From an uncultured Chloroflexia bacterium (GTDB taxonomy: Bacteria > Chloroflexota > Limnocylindria > Limnocylindrales > CSP1-4): DNA of 64,000 bases. The stretch spans positions 230,451-294,450 of the forward strand of contig CAWFND010000017.1 in NCBI GenBank assembly GCA_963817095.1. Direction: 5' to 3'. The notes beneath the pieces are model-generated. The model had not been told where the DNA came from. It searched no databases and worked only from the letters and a program-made list of their open reading frames with translations. Position 1 is the stretch's first letter; every line of letters starts with the position of its first letter. The position numbers and the translations under genes were made by a program. Positions 29,104 to 39,480 of this stretch are shown here, piece by piece.

Positions 29104-29691
29104 TCAGGCGCCCGTTCCGCCCCCGGCCCGTCGCAGGGCCTGGACCGACGACAGCTGCTCGTGGAACTCGTCGCGGATCGCGTTGACCTCGTGGGGCTCG
29201 AGATCCAGCTCGCGCGCGATCTCGTTGGCGATCGACGCCTCCTCGGCGTTGATCAGGCCGTCCACGGCCTCCACGGCGAAGCAGCAGCGGACCAGCGCCA
29301 GGCGCTGCTCCGGCGTCGAGATCTCGCGGAACTCGCGCGTCACGACGTAGTCCTCGGTCTGCCCCTCGCTCCGGGCCTGGACCTTGGCCATCTCGACGAC
29401 GAGGACCGCCTCGGACTCGTCGAGCTTGCCGTGCTCGATCACGAGCTGCTCCATCAGCGCCGTCTCCTCGTCGCTGATGTCCATGTCGGCGTTCGCGGCG
29501 CGGCTCAGCACGTACGCAAAGCTGGCCAGGTACCGCGCCTGCTCCGGCGGCAACGCCTCGAGGCGCGCGACGATCCGCCGCACCGTGGCGGTCTCTGCCG
29601 CGGAGCCCGCGGGCGGGGGAGCGGCGTCGCCGCCCGCGGCCGGGGCGGCCGGCGCGGTGGGGTTGGGCTGACCGAGCAACCGATGGAACAT
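29104..29691 (-). CDS. TerB-like (tellurite-resistance TerB family) protein
   Basis: 195 aa with two repeats of the D-x-x-x-x-E-E pattern (ADMDISDEETALMEQL and VDGLINAEEASIANEIA), typical of the TerB fold. Confidence 0.65.
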   Translation of the reverse strand: MFHRLLGQPNPTAPAAPAAGGDAAPPPAGSAAETATVRRIVARLEALPPEQARYLASFAYVLSRAANADMDISDEETALMEQLVIEHGKLDESEAVLVVEMAKVQARSEGQTEDYVVTREFREISTPEQRLALVRCCFAVEAVDGLINAEEASIANEIARELDLEPHEVNAIRDEFHEQLSSVQALRRAGGGTGA

Positions 29692-29699
29692 GACGCCTC

Positions 29700-30206
29700 C
29701 TACCAGCGATCGTAGGCCGGGTGACCCGGCTTGACGGCCACGAACGTTCCCCGACCGCTGGCCGTGACCACGCCGCCGGATGAGATCTCAGCTTCGACCG
29801 TTGCGCGGTCGGACGCATTCTCGACGACCCACGCCCGGAGCGCCAGCGCCGCATCCGACGGGGTCGGCTGGCGCATGCGGATGGCGTACTCGAGGGTCAC
29901 CGTGGTCGGCGGGCGGTCGGCTCCGCGCTCGCGCATCAGGTGCCAGGCCGCGGTCCAGTTCGCGTGGCAATCCAGCAGGGTCCCGAGGATCCCGCCGTTG
30001 ACGACGCCCGAGAACGCCTCGTGCTCCGGACGCGGACGGAACGCCGCGACGAGGATGTCCGGGGCGTCCGGGTCGGGGCGGCTCTCGACGTGGAGGCCTG
30101 CCGGGTTGGCGGGACCGCACCCGAAGCAGCGGCCTTCCGGGGCGAAGCGCGCCTGCAGGCTGGGCTCGCGGGGTGCTCCGGGCGGGTGATCGGACGCGGG
30201 CGACAC
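29700..30206 (-). CDS. PaaI-family (hotdog fold) thioesterase
   Basis: 168 aa. Contains CFGCGPANPAGLHV and GVVNGGILGTLLDCH, characteristic of PaaI-type thioesterases. Confidence 0.78.
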   Translation of the reverse strand: MSPASDHPPGAPREPSLQARFAPEGRCFGCGPANPAGLHVESRPDPDAPDILVAAFRPRPEHEAFSGVVNGGILGTLLDCHANWTAAWHLMRERGADRPPTTVTLEYAIRMRQPTPSDAALALRAWVVENASDRATVEAEISSGGVVTASGRGTFVAVKPGHPAYDRW

Positions 30207-30215
30207 GGCGCCGTC

Positions 30216-30872
30216 TCAGGACCGTCCGCGAACGAGCGTGAGTCCGACGACTCGCGAGATGACGAACGCGACGTACATGACACCAGCGAACTGCTCGAGC
30301 ATCACGACCGATCGGGCATAGGACAGGACCGGCAGGATGTCGGAGAGGCCGACGCTCGTCAGGTTGCTGAACGAGAGGAACAGCAGGTCGAACCAGCTGC
30401 GGGCCTCGCCGGCGGCACCCAGCGTGAATGCGCCCGGCCACACGACCTGGACGGCCGCGAAGACGTAGGCGAACGCCCAGGCGATGACGGTGAACGTCGC
30501 GCCGGCGGTGAGGAGCGTGTCGGTCGTGACGGTCCGCTCCAGCAGGAGATACCGGATCAGGGCATAGCTGGTGTAGGCGTAGAAGACCGCGAGCAGCACC
30601 GACGCCCAGAACTCCCAGGCTGTGTGGGACGGATCGAGCACCTGGAGCGCGACCAGGACGACGATCGGGACGCCGAGCACCATCGAGATGCCGGTGATCG
30701 CCGGAGACGCCTGGACGGCCCGGACGGCGATCACGACGATGACGAGCCCGAACAGCTGGAGCGCCGACTGGCCCGCCGACTGCTCGAGGAACGGGAAGAT
30801 GACGATGCCGACGAGCTGGACGGTCAGCAGGACGGCGGCTGGATGCCACGAGGGCGCGATCACGCGGCGCAC
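30216..30872 (-). CDS. Ion-channel-like membrane protein (Ion_trans_2-like pore with a degenerate filter)
   Basis: 218 aa and polytopic. The pore-helix/filter-like segment FLSFSNLTSVGLSDILP resembles the K+ channel motif T-x-T-T-V-G-Y-G-D, but with SVGLSD. Confidence 0.55.
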   Translation of the reverse strand: MRRVIAPSWHPAAVLLTVQLVGIVIFPFLEQSAGQSALQLFGLVIVVIAVRAVQASPAITGISMVLGVPIVVLVALQVLDPSHTAWEFWASVLLAVFYAYTSYALIRYLLLERTVTTDTLLTAGATFTVIAWAFAYVFAAVQVVWPGAFTLGAAGEARSWFDLLFLSFSNLTSVGLSDILPVLSYARSVVMLEQFAGVMYVAFVISRVVGLTLVRGRS

Positions 30873-30919
30873 GGGCCCAGTGTAGGGAGGCGTCCCGCGG
30901 CCGGCCGCCCGTCGATGAC

Positions 30920-31005
30920 TGGTGCCGAAGCCGGGATTCGAACCCGGACGAGGTTGCCCTCAGCGGTGTTTGAGACCGCCGCGTCTGCCATTCCGCCACT
31001 TCGGC
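30920..31005 (-). tRNA. tRNA-Leu (anticodon CAA), CCA encoded
   Basis: Folded by hand. Acceptor stem GCCGAAG/CTTCGGC, D-arm, anticodon stem GCGGT/ACCGC with loop CTCAAAC, a 15-nt long variable arm, T-arm CCGGG-TTCGAAT-CCCGG, discriminator A and CCA. 86 nt in total. Confidence 0.93.
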
Positions 31006-31061
31006 CCGAGCGCAAATCCTAACGGACTGCCCCGAACCGCCGAACGACGTGACGGCCGTCC

Positions 31062-31778
31062 ATGACGTCACGACCGATGGAACCCGACCGTCGATCGAGG
31101 CGTCTGGCGCGGAAGCCGATGCTAGACTCGCCGCGCCTCACAATCGCCGTCCGGAGGGACCCCCTGGCCGTGGAGGACCTTCGCTCGACGACGGTCGCCG
31201 ACGACCCCGTCCAGCGCCGTGACCTGATCCTGCTCGAGCGCGCGCGAAGCGGCGACCTCGACGCATTCAACGATCTCGTCGTCTGCTACCAGGACCAGCT
31301 CTTCTCGCTGATCGTCCGGATGGTGCCCGATCGGGACCAGGCCGCCGACTGCGTCCAGGAGGCGTTCTTCTCGGCCTACCGGAACCTGAAGGGGTTCCGT
31401 GGCGGGAGCGTCAGGTCGTGGCTGAATCGGATCGCCGTCAACGCGGCAATGGACATCCAGCGCGCCCGCAAGCGTCGGCCGTCCCAGCCGTACCCGGAGC
31501 TCGAGGACGAGAGCTGGCAGCCGCCCGCCGGGGAAGATGCCGACCCGGTCACGACCGCGCTCCAGACGGAGCGTCACCGGACCCTCAACGCCGCACTTGC
31601 GACGATCACCGACGATCAGCGTGCGGCGATCGTCCTGTTCGATGTCGAGGGCTATGACTATGCGGAGATCGCGTCGATGACGGGCGTCTCCCTCGGGACC
31701 GTGAAGTCCCGGATCCACCGCGGCCGCCTGGCGCTCCGCGAGCACCTGACAGAACGGATGGACCTCTTCCGTGGCTGA
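31062..31778 (+). CDS. ECF-type sigma-70 family RNA polymerase sigma factor
   Basis: Region 2 (DAFNDLVVCYQDQLFSLIVRMV, QEAFFSAYRNL) and region 4 (DDQRAAIVLFDVEGYDYAEIASMTGVSLGTVKSRIHRGR) are present. Start is uncertain (ATG 31062 or 31119). Confidence 0.85.
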   Translation: MTSRPMEPDRRSRRLARKPMLDSPRLTIAVRRDPLAVEDLRSTTVADDPVQRRDLILLERARSGDLDAFNDLVVCYQDQLFSLIVRMVPDRDQAADCVQEAFFSAYRNLKGFRGGSVRSWLNRIAVNAAMDIQRARKRRPSQPYPELEDESWQPPAGEDADPVTTALQTERHRTLNAALATITDDQRAAIVLFDVEGYDYAEIASMTGVSLGTVKSRIHRGRLALREHLTERMDLFRG

Positions 31779-31850
31779 CCGTCGCCATCGCTCGGGACGC
31801 GCGGAGCGGATCGAGTGGAACCGCATCGCGCCGGAGGTCGTCTGACGCCC

Positions 31851-32688
31851 ATGTCCGACTCTCGCGACGACGCCGCGATGTTCCACGACCGCCACGACCC
31901 GATGCTCGTGGCCGCGCTCGCCGCCGGCGACCTCTCCGGCCCCGAACGCGACGAGGCGATCGCGCTCATCGATTCCTGCACGGAGTGCGCGACGCTCCAC
32001 GCCGACCTCCAGGCGATCGCTCGCGCCACCGCGACGGTCGCGCCGCCATTCACGGCCCCGCAGCGCGACTTCCGGTTGAGCGCCGCACAGGCGGCGAGCC
32101 TCCGGCGGACCGGCTGGCGGCGCTTCGTGCCGGCCGGCGCGGCCCGATCGCCGTTGACGCGGCCGGTGGGGGTCGCCCTGGCGACGTTCGGGCTGGCCGG
32201 GCTCCTGATCGGGACGATCCCGTTGAACCTGGGGTCGGCGTCGGCCGGGGCCGCACCGGTTGCCGCGCCCGACACCCGGGAGTCCGTGACGAGCAACGGC
32301 GCCGGCGCAGGCAGCGACAGCTCGGTTGGCGGGCAGGCCCTCGGTGGGGCGATCGCCTCCGCCGCGGCCTCGCAGGCCGCGGCGCCCGCGCCACCGGCTC
32401 CGGCCCCGGCCGCCTCGGTCGTCGCCGGCGCAGCGTCACCGGGCGCCGAGGTCCTCCAGCCGGTCGCATCCGCCGCTCCAGGCGACTTCGGCACGGCCAA
32501 GGGACCGAGCACGGCGGCGGCCGGGGGCCAGACGACCGATCAGGTGCCGTCGGCGGGCGGCCAGCCGCCGGCCAGCTCGTCGAGCCCATCGGGCCCGTCG
32601 ACGCTACGTGATCGTGTCGTTCGTCGCGATCCTCCTCGGGGCGGTCCTGATCGTCGTCGGTCGGGGGCGGGTGGACCGCTCCGCCTGA
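31851..32688 (+). CDS. Putative anti-sigma factor (single-pass membrane protein), with an apparent +1 insertion near its 3' end
   Basis: ATG 31851 lies 13 nt after GGAGG. The N-terminal part (CTECATLHADLQAI) is followed by a TM-like segment VGVALATFGLAGLLIG and an Ala/Pro/Ser-rich tail. Track ORF 31815-33143 runs into polA. The alternative frame ends in YVIVSFVAILLGAVLIVVGRGRVDRSA with a stop at 32688. The span is 838 nt (3n+1), so the frame change is near 32590-32610. Confidence 0.5.
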
Positions 32689-32736
32689 CCCGGCGCGGCG
32701 GGCCACTGCCGAGGGACCCGCGGGTACACTCCGTCC

Positions 32737-35706
32737 GTGCCCACCGAACGCCTGATGCTGCTCGACGGCTATGGGCTGGTCTACCGCGGCTACTACGCGC
32801 TGCCGCCCCTCACGACGTCCCGCGGCGACCTCGTCAACGGGGCATTCGGCTTCGCCAGCATCGTCCTGCGCGGCCTCCAGGACCTCCAGCCGGACTACCT
32901 CGCCGTCTCGTTCGACCTGCCCGGTCCGACGTTCCGGCACGAGCAGTACGCCGAGTACAAGGCGACGCGCCAGCGGATGCCGGACGACCTTCGCGACCAG
33001 TTCCCGAAGGTCCGCGAGATCGTCAAGGCGCTCCGGATCCCCGTGTACGAGATGCAGGGCTACGAGGCCGACGACGTGATCGGCACGATCACGCAGCAGC
33101 TCGATCCGATCGAGAACCTCGAGACGACGATCGTCACCGTTGACCTCGACATGCTCCAGCTCGTGACGCCGCGGGTCCGGCTGATGACGACGCGCTCCGG
33201 CGTCGAGAACACCGTGATGTACGACGTCGCGAAGATCGACGAGCGGTTCGGGCTTCGGCCGGACCAGATGGTCGACTACAAGGCGCTGAAGGGCGACCCG
33301 ACCGACAACATCCCGGGCGTCCCGGGCGTGGGCGAGAAGACCGCCGCGAAGCTGATCCGCGACTTCGGGACGCTGGACTCGCTCCTCGCCCGCCTCGACG
33401 AGGTGACCCCCGCGAAGCTGGGCGAGAAGCTGCGGGAGCACGTCGACCAGATCCACATGGGCCGCGACCTGTCGCGGATCGTCCGCGACCTGCCGATCCG
33501 GATCGACCTGGAGGCCGCCAGGCTCGGCGACTACGATCGGGACACGGTCGTGCGGCTGTTCCGCGAGTACGAGTTCCGGACGCTGATCGAGCGGCTGCCG
33601 CCGATGGCGGGCGAATCGGCGGAGCAACGCTCGGAGGCGCTTCGGACGGTCGCCGAGAGCGGCTACGTGCCGGCGGCACGCGTCGCCGGCCGGCCCGACG
33701 GCTGGGGAGCGTCACGTGCCCCGGTGCGGGAGAGCGGCGAGCTCCAGCTCCGCCTCGACTTCGACACGGTCGCGCGATCCGCTCCGACCGCGAGCGACGG
33801 TGTCGGTGACGGAGGGACCCCACGGCCCGCATCGGAGGACGGATCCGGTGCGATGCTCGAGGCTCCAGGGGACCTCCCGACGGCGCTCGCGGCCGCGATC
33901 GTCGACCCCGGGCGGATCGAGGTCCGCGGCCCGGATCGGATCGCGGAGCTGGCCGACTGGATCGCCGCGCAGCCCGTGCTCGGCGTGTCGCTCGTCGCCG
34001 ACGATCCGCGACCCCGCCGCGGGACGCCCCTGGCACTCGCGGTGGCCGGCGCGGATGGTCGCGTCGTCGCCGCGGACGGCGCCGAGGCGGCGGACGCCCT
34101 CCGGCACCTCGTCGAGCGGGCCGGGATCCCGGTCGTCGGCCACGAGGTGAAGCCGGTCCTCGTCGCGCGGTTCGCCGACGACCTCGGCGGGCCGGCCACG
34201 CCGGTCGCCTTCGATACCCAGGTCGCCGCCTACATCCTGAACGCGGCCCTCCGGAGCCAGTCGATCGCCGACGTCGTCGCCGAGAACCTGGACCAGATCC
34301 TGCCGCCGGCGACGGAGCTGCCCGCAACCGCCCGGGCCGGCATCGAGGCGCTCTCGGCGCTGGCCGTCCGCGAGCCGCTCGAGCGGCGTCTCGGCGAAGT
34401 CGGGTTGGAGCGGCTGTTCCGCGACATCGAGCTGCCCCTGATCCCGGTCCTCGCCCGGATGGAGGCCGTCGGGGTCGCCCTGGACCGCGAGGCGCTCGCG
34501 ATCCTCGACCGCGAGTTCGGCGCGGAGATCGATCGCCTCGAGCGCGAGATCTACGTGGACGTCGGGCACGAGTTCAACCTCGGCAGCCCGAAGCAGCTCG
34601 AGCAGGTCCTGTTCTTCGAGCTGAACCTGCCGAAGGGCAAGCGGACGAAGACCGGCTACTCGACCGACGCGTCCGTTCTCGAGGACCTCCGGCCGGCCCA
34701 CCCGATGGTCGACAAGCTCCTCGAGTGGCGCGTCTATACGAAGCTCCGCTCGACCTACGTCGAGGCGCTCCCCAGCCTGATCGCGGAGGCCGACGGACGG
34801 CTCCACACGACGTTCCATCAGGCCGTCGCCGCCACGGGCCGCCTGTCGTCATCAGACCCCAACCTCCAGAACATCCCGATCCGGACGCCGCTCGGGCGGC
34901 GGATCCGCCGGGCGTTCGTCGCCGGTGAGCCGGACCTCACGCTCCTTGCGGCCGACTACTCCCAGATCGAGCTCCGGATCCTCGCCCACGTCTCGGGTGA
35001 CGAGCACCTGAAGGATGCGTTCGCCCGGAACGCCGACATCCACCGCGAGACCGCTGCCCGCGTCCTTCACAAGGCCCCCGAGGACATCACCCACGGCGAG
35101 CGGTCGATGGCGAAGATGGTCAACTTCGGGCTCGCCTACGGGATGAGCGACTTCGGGCTCGCGTCGCGGGCGAACATCCCGCGCCAGGAGGCGCAGGAGT
35201 TCATCAGCTCGTACTTCGCGGCCTACTCCGGGATCAGCTACTACATGATGGCGATCAAGGAGCAGGCGAAGAACCAGGGGTTCGTCGAGACGCTCCTCGG
35301 GCGGAAGCGCCAGATCCCGGAGCTTCGGGCGTCGAACCCGGCGCTGCGCGGCGCGGGCGAGCGGATGGCGATCAACATGCCGATCCAGGGCACGGCGGCC
35401 GACATCCAGAAGATCGCGATGATCCGGTCGGCCGAGCGGGTCGCCGCCGAGGGACTCCGGGCCCGGCTCCTGCTCAGCGTCCACGACGAGCTCCTCTTCG
35501 AGGTCCCGCGGGACGAGGTCGACCGCCTGGCTGCCGTCGTCCGCGAGACGATGGAGGGCGCGCTGCCCCTCGACGTTCCGCTCACCGTCGACATCAAGGT
35601 CGGCGACGACTGGGAGGGGATGACCCCGCTCACGCGAGAGGACGCGATCGCGGCCGAGGCGGGCGAGCTCCCCGTGGAGGCGCCGCTCGCGCCGATCGCC
35701 GGGTAG
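32737..35706 (+). CDS. polA: DNA polymerase I
   Basis: 989 aa with a GTG start. 5'-nuclease domain (LLDGYGLVYRGYYA), a 3'-5' exo-like region, and polymerase motifs (DYSQIELRILAH, QGTAADI, VHDELLFE). Confidence 0.95.
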   Translation: MPTERLMLLDGYGLVYRGYYALPPLTTSRGDLVNGAFGFASIVLRGLQDLQPDYLAVSFDLPGPTFRHEQYAEYKATRQRMPDDLRDQFPKVREIVKALRIPVYEMQGYEADDVIGTITQQLDPIENLETTIVTVDLDMLQLVTPRVRLMTTRSGVENTVMYDVAKIDERFGLRPDQMVDYKALKGDPTDNIPGVPGVGEKTAAKLIRDFGTLDSLLARLDEVTPAKLGEKLREHVDQIHMGRDLSRIVRDLPIRIDLEAARLGDYDRDTVVRLFREYEFRTLIERLPPMAGESAEQRSEALRTVAESGYVPAARVAGRPDGWGASRAPVRESGELQLRLDFDTVARSAPTASDGVGDGGTPRPASEDGSGAMLEAPGDLPTALAAAIVDPGRIEVRGPDRIAELADWIAAQPVLGVSLVADDPRPRRGTPLALAVAGADGRVVAADGAEAADALRHLVERAGIPVVGHEVKPVLVARFADDLGGPATPVAFDTQVAAYILNAALRSQSIADVVAENLDQILPPATELPATARAGIEALSALAVREPLERRLGEVGLERLFRDIELPLIPVLARMEAVGVALDREALAILDREFGAEIDRLEREIYVDVGHEFNLGSPKQLEQVLFFELNLPKGKRTKTGYSTDASVLEDLRPAHPMVDKLLEWRVYTKLRSTYVEALPSLIAEADGRLHTTFHQAVAATGRLSSSDPNLQNIPIRTPLGRRIRRAFVAGEPDLTLLAADYSQIELRILAHVSGDEHLKDAFARNADIHRETAARVLHKAPEDITHGERSMAKMVNFGLAYGMSDFGLASRANIPRQEAQEFISSYFAAYSGISYYMMAIKEQAKNQGFVETLLGRKRQIPELRASNPALRGAGERMAINMPIQGTAADIQKIAMIRSAERVAAEGLRARLLLSVHDELLFEVPRDEVDRLAAVVRETMEGALPLDVPLTVDIKVGDDWEGMTPLTREDAIAAEAGELPVEAPLAPIAG

Positions 35707-35718
35707 GCTTCGGCGACG

Positions 35719-36747
35719 ATGCCCGAGCTTCCCGAGGTCGAGACGGTTGCCCGCGACCTCCGACCGCTGATCACCGGCGCCACGATCGTCGACGCGACGA
35801 CGTCATGGGCGCGCACGCTCCGCGGGATCACCCCGGAGGACTTCGCCGACGGGATCGCGGGCCGCCGGATCGAGGCGGTCGGGCGCCGCGGGAAGCAGCT
35901 CGTCATCGACCTGTCCGGCGGCGGGTTGCTGACGGTCCACCTGAAGATGACCGGACAGCTGTTCGTCGTGCCCCAGGGAGGCCGCGAGGACCCCTATGTC
36001 CGGCTCGTGCTGAGCCTGGACGACGGGCGTGAGATCCAATTCCGCGACATCCGGAAGTTCGGAAAGGTCGGGCTGTACCTCGCGGCAGAGGACCCGTTCG
36101 CGGCGATCGGTCCGGAGCCGCTGTCCGAGGCGTTCACGGTGGCTGCGTTCCGGAAGCGCCTCCGCGCCCGGAAGGGCCGGCTGAAGCCGCTCCTGCTCGA
36201 CCAGACATTCGTGGCGGGCGTCGGCAACATCTACGCCGACGAGGCGCTCTGGGCGGCCCGGCTCCATCCACTGCGCACGGCGCGGACCCTCCGGCCGGCC
36301 GACGAGCGCCGGCTCTGGCTCGAGGTCCGACGGATCCTCACGGAGGCCGTGATCCGGCGCGGCTCGTCGATCGACGACTACACGGCACCCGACGGTGACG
36401 GCGAGATGCAGGATCACCTGATGGTCTACCAACGGACCGGTGAGCCCTGCCTGCGCTGCGGGCGGCCGATCCGACGGGTCGTGGTCGGTGGCCGGGCGAC
36501 CCATTTCTGCTCGTGGTGCCAGCGGCTGCCGGCCGCGGATCGGGCCGGTGCCCGGGCGATCCTTCGGTCGATGTCCGAAGGGGACCGGCCGGGCCGGCGT
36601 TGGTCCGAGCTGCCGGGCGGGGAGGGGAGCGTCGGGCCGGCCCGCGACGCGGAGGCACGCGAGCGGATCCGGTCGACCCGCGCCGAGCGGACCCGCAGCG
36701 CCGCCGCGACTCGGCGAGCTGCCGCGCGCGCATCGGTCGGGGGCTGA
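35719..36747 (+). CDS. mutM: Formamidopyrimidine-DNA glycosylase with a ~70-aa Arg/Ala-rich C-terminal tail
   Basis: MPELPEVETVARDL N-terminus and a zinc finger CLRCGRPIRRVVVGGRATHFCSWCQ. 342 aa in total. Confidence 0.92.
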   Translation: MPELPEVETVARDLRPLITGATIVDATTSWARTLRGITPEDFADGIAGRRIEAVGRRGKQLVIDLSGGGLLTVHLKMTGQLFVVPQGGREDPYVRLVLSLDDGREIQFRDIRKFGKVGLYLAAEDPFAAIGPEPLSEAFTVAAFRKRLRARKGRLKPLLLDQTFVAGVGNIYADEALWAARLHPLRTARTLRPADERRLWLEVRRILTEAVIRRGSSIDDYTAPDGDGEMQDHLMVYQRTGEPCLRCGRPIRRVVVGGRATHFCSWCQRLPAADRAGARAILRSMSEGDRPGRRWSELPGGEGSVGPARDAEARERIRSTRAERTRSAAATRRAAARASVGG

Positions 36748-36750
36748 GCG

Positions 36751-38842
36751 GTGTCGATCCTCCGCCTCGAGCGGGTCCGCCGCGAGGTCGGGACGTTCGT
36801 GATCCTCGACGACATCACGGCGGCGATCGCGATCGACGACCGGATCGGGCTCGTCGGACCGAACGGGGCGGGCAAGACCACGATGCTCCGGATCGCGGCT
36901 GGTCGCGACGAGCCGGACGGCGGCGCGGTGCACCGGAAGCGCGGGCTCTCGATCGGGCTGCTCGCCCAGGAATCGCACTTCGATGCGGCCTTCATGGCGG
37001 CACCGGACCTGCGGGCCGCCGTTCGCCATGGGGCGGCGCACCTCGAGGACATGGCCGTGCAGCTCGCCGAGCTGGAGGCGGCAGGGCGGGTCGAGGCGCC
37101 GCGGTACGCCGACCTCCAGCACCAGTTCGAGGTCCTCGGCGGCTACACCCTCGACCAGCGCGTCGACGAGGCGCTGTCCGGGCTCGGCTTCACCCGTGAT
37201 GAGTGGGCCAGGCCGCCCACGGCGTTGTCGGGTGGCGAGCAGACCCGAGCGACCCTGGCGCGCCTCGTCGTCGCCCAGCCGGACCTGCTGCTCCTCGACG
37301 AGCCCACGAACCATCTCGACATCGGCGCGATCGAGTGGCTCGAGGAGCACCTCCGACGCCGCCACGGCGGGCTCCTCGTGGCATCGCACGACCGGGCCTT
37401 CCTCGACGCGACCGTCAGCCGCATCTGGGAGCTGCGCGATCGGCGGCTGACGGCGTTCCGCGGCGACTACAGCGCCTATCACCGCCAGCGCGTGGAGCGG
37501 GACGCCCGCGCGGCGAAGGACGCCGACAGCCAGGCCGAGTCCATCGAGCGCGAGAAGGAGCTCGTCCAGCGCTATCGGTCGCACCGGAAGTTCAGCAAGA
37601 TGCACGAGCACGAGGCGCGCCTCGAGCGGCTCCTGGCGGATCGGATCGAGACCCCGAAGTCGAGTCGGAAGCTGCGGCTCCCGGCCGGGGCGCTCGCCGG
37701 CGGCGGTCCGTCCCGATCCGGCGAGATCGTCGTCCGAGCACAAGACCTCGTCGTGGGCTACCTGCCGGGTCGCGGCGCCCTGGATTCGGACGGCCGGCCG
37801 GCGATGGAGCCGAAGCGGGTCGCAACCGCTCCGTTCCTCGCTGCGCAGCGCGGCGATCGGATCGGGATCGTCGGGCCGAACGGGGCGGGCAAGACGACGC
37901 TCCTCCGGACGATCGCCGGGGACCTGCCGCCGCTCGACGGGATCCTCTCGTTCGGCAACGCGGTCCAGCCGGGCTACCTCGCCCAGCTCCGCGGCGCCGC
38001 GATCCCCGGGACGACCGTCCTCGACGCGCTGCTCGAGGCGATCCCGGTCACGCCCGGCGAGGCGCGCGCATTCCTCGCCCGGTTCCTGTTCCGGGGCGAC
38101 GACGTCTTCAAGGAGGTGCGCTCGCTGTCCGGTGGCGAGCGGTCGCGCCTGGAGCTAGCGATGCTCGGGATCCTGCCGTCGAACCTGCTCCTCCTCGACG
38201 AGCCGACGAACCACCTCGACATCCCGGCACGGGAGGCGATCGAGACGTTCATGGTCGATTCACCCGCGACGCTCCTCGTCGTCTCCCACGACCGACGCCT
38301 GCTGGAGACGGTCTGCTCGACGCTGTGGGTCGTCGACGACGGGCTCGCGGTCCCGTTCGCCGGGGGCTGGAGGGAGTGGCGGGCCGCGGTCGCCGACGGC
38401 TGGACCGTCCGCGAGGCGGCCGAGCGTGAACGGCGCCGGCTGACCGGACCCGCGACGAGGTCCGCGCCGGTCGAGCTTGCGCCCGCGGTGCGCGAGCCCG
38501 CGCGGGTCGTGGCCTCGACCAACGGCGCGGCCGCGGCGACGGTCGTGCGCGGCGGCCGGCCGCGCGAGAAGCTGTCGAAGGACGCCTACCGCCGTCAGAA
38601 GGGGGCCGATGGACGCCGAGCTGACGCGGCTCGGGCTGCGGAAGACGCAGCTGGAGCTCTCGATGGGGTCGCCGACCGTCGCCTCGAACTTCGTGGAGAT
38701 GCGCCGCGTCGCGAGCGAGCTCGCCGACGTCGACCAGGCGCTGGCGGCCGCGGAGGAAGCCTGGCTGGAGCTCGAGGAGCGAGCACCGTCGGGCGGATGG
38801 CGTCGCGGAGCTCCGCCTCCGACCTCCGGGGGCAGCGAGTGA
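36751..38842 (+). CDS. ABC-F family ATPase (two ABC domains, no TM), interrupted by an apparent +1 insertion
   Basis: Track ORF 36751-39480 fuses it to coaE. After KLSKDAYRRQK the in-frame text becomes Arg/Ala junk. The +2 frame (ORF 38477-38842) gives MDAELTRLGLRKTQLELSMGSP...EEAWLELEERA, a typical ABC-F C-terminal coiled coil. The frame change is at the G5 run 38601-38605 or the adjacent bases. The span is 2092 nt (3n+1). Confidence 0.88.
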
Positions 38843-39480
38843 CTCAACAGGGAGACCTCAGTTCTCCGGAGCGTGCGCGGACCGTCCGGATCGGGTTGAC
38901 TGGTCCGATCGGTTGCGGCAAGACGACCGTCGCGGGGTGGCTCGCCGATCGGGGGGCCGTCGTGATCGATGCCGACGTCGTCGCCCGGGAGCTGACGGCG
39001 CCCGGCCAACCGGCCCACGACGCGATCCTCGAGGTGTTCGGTGACGGCGTCCGCGCGAGGGACGACACCCTCGATCGCGCCGCGCTCGCCCGCGTCGTGT
39101 TCCGCGACCCGGATTACCTGGCCCAGCTCGAGGCCATCGTCCACCCGATCGTCCGGCCGCGGATCCTCGAGCTGATCGCCGCCGCCGAAGGGCAGGGGGC
39201 GCCGGCGATCGTCATCGAGGCGATCAAGCTCGTGGAGGGCGGGCTTGCCGGGATCTGCGACGAGGTCTGGCTCGTGACGTGCGCCAGCACGGTCCAGCGG
39301 GAACGGGTCATCGATCGCGGGCTCACGCCCGACGACGCCGACCAGCGGATCGCCGGTCAGGCCGGGATCGTCGAGCGGCTACGGCCGGCCGCCACCCGGG
39401 TGATCGACACCTCCGGGCCGACGGCCGACGCGCGGTCGCGGGTTGCGGCCGCGTGGGCGAGCGCGGTCGCCGCGCGCTAG
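38839..39480 (+). CDS. coaE: Dephospho-CoA kinase
   Basis: GTG 38839 overlaps the ABC-F stop (GTGA). Contains IGLTGPIGCGKTTVAGWL (P-loop) and a CoaE-like body. 213 aa. Confidence 0.88.
   Translation: MTQQGDLSSPERARTVRIGLTGPIGCGKTTVAGWLADRGAVVIDADVVARELTAPGQPAHDAILEVFGDGVRARDDTLDRAALARVVFRDPDYLAQLEAIVHPIVRPRILELIAAAEGQGAPAIVIEAIKLVEGGLAGICDEVWLVTCASTVQRERVIDRGLTPDDADQRIAGQAGIVERLRPAATRVIDTSGPTADARSRVAAAWASAVAAR

Noticed and set aside
31031-31061. An ECF-type autoregulatory promoter (GAAC...CGTC) upstream of the sigma gene at 31062.
   Set aside because: GAAC and CGTC elements are present, but the spacings are 19-20 nt (or 11 nt) instead of the usual 16-17 nt. The support is not good enough to report as a feature.
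31815-33143. A 442-aa ORF extending from the anti-sigma gene across the polA start.
   Set aside because: The last ~180 codons are Arg-rich junk overlapping polA. A frame change near 32600 gives a hydrophobic C-terminal segment and a stop at 32688. The span length (3n+1) fits a single insertion.
36751-39480. A single 909-aa ORF that looks like an ABC-F/CoaE fusion protein.
   Set aside because: After residue ~615 the in-frame text is junk. An alternative frame gives a canonical ABC-F C-terminus ending at 38842. coaE has its own GTG at 38839 overlapping that stop. The apparent fusion is caused by a 1-nt indel at the G5 run near 38601.
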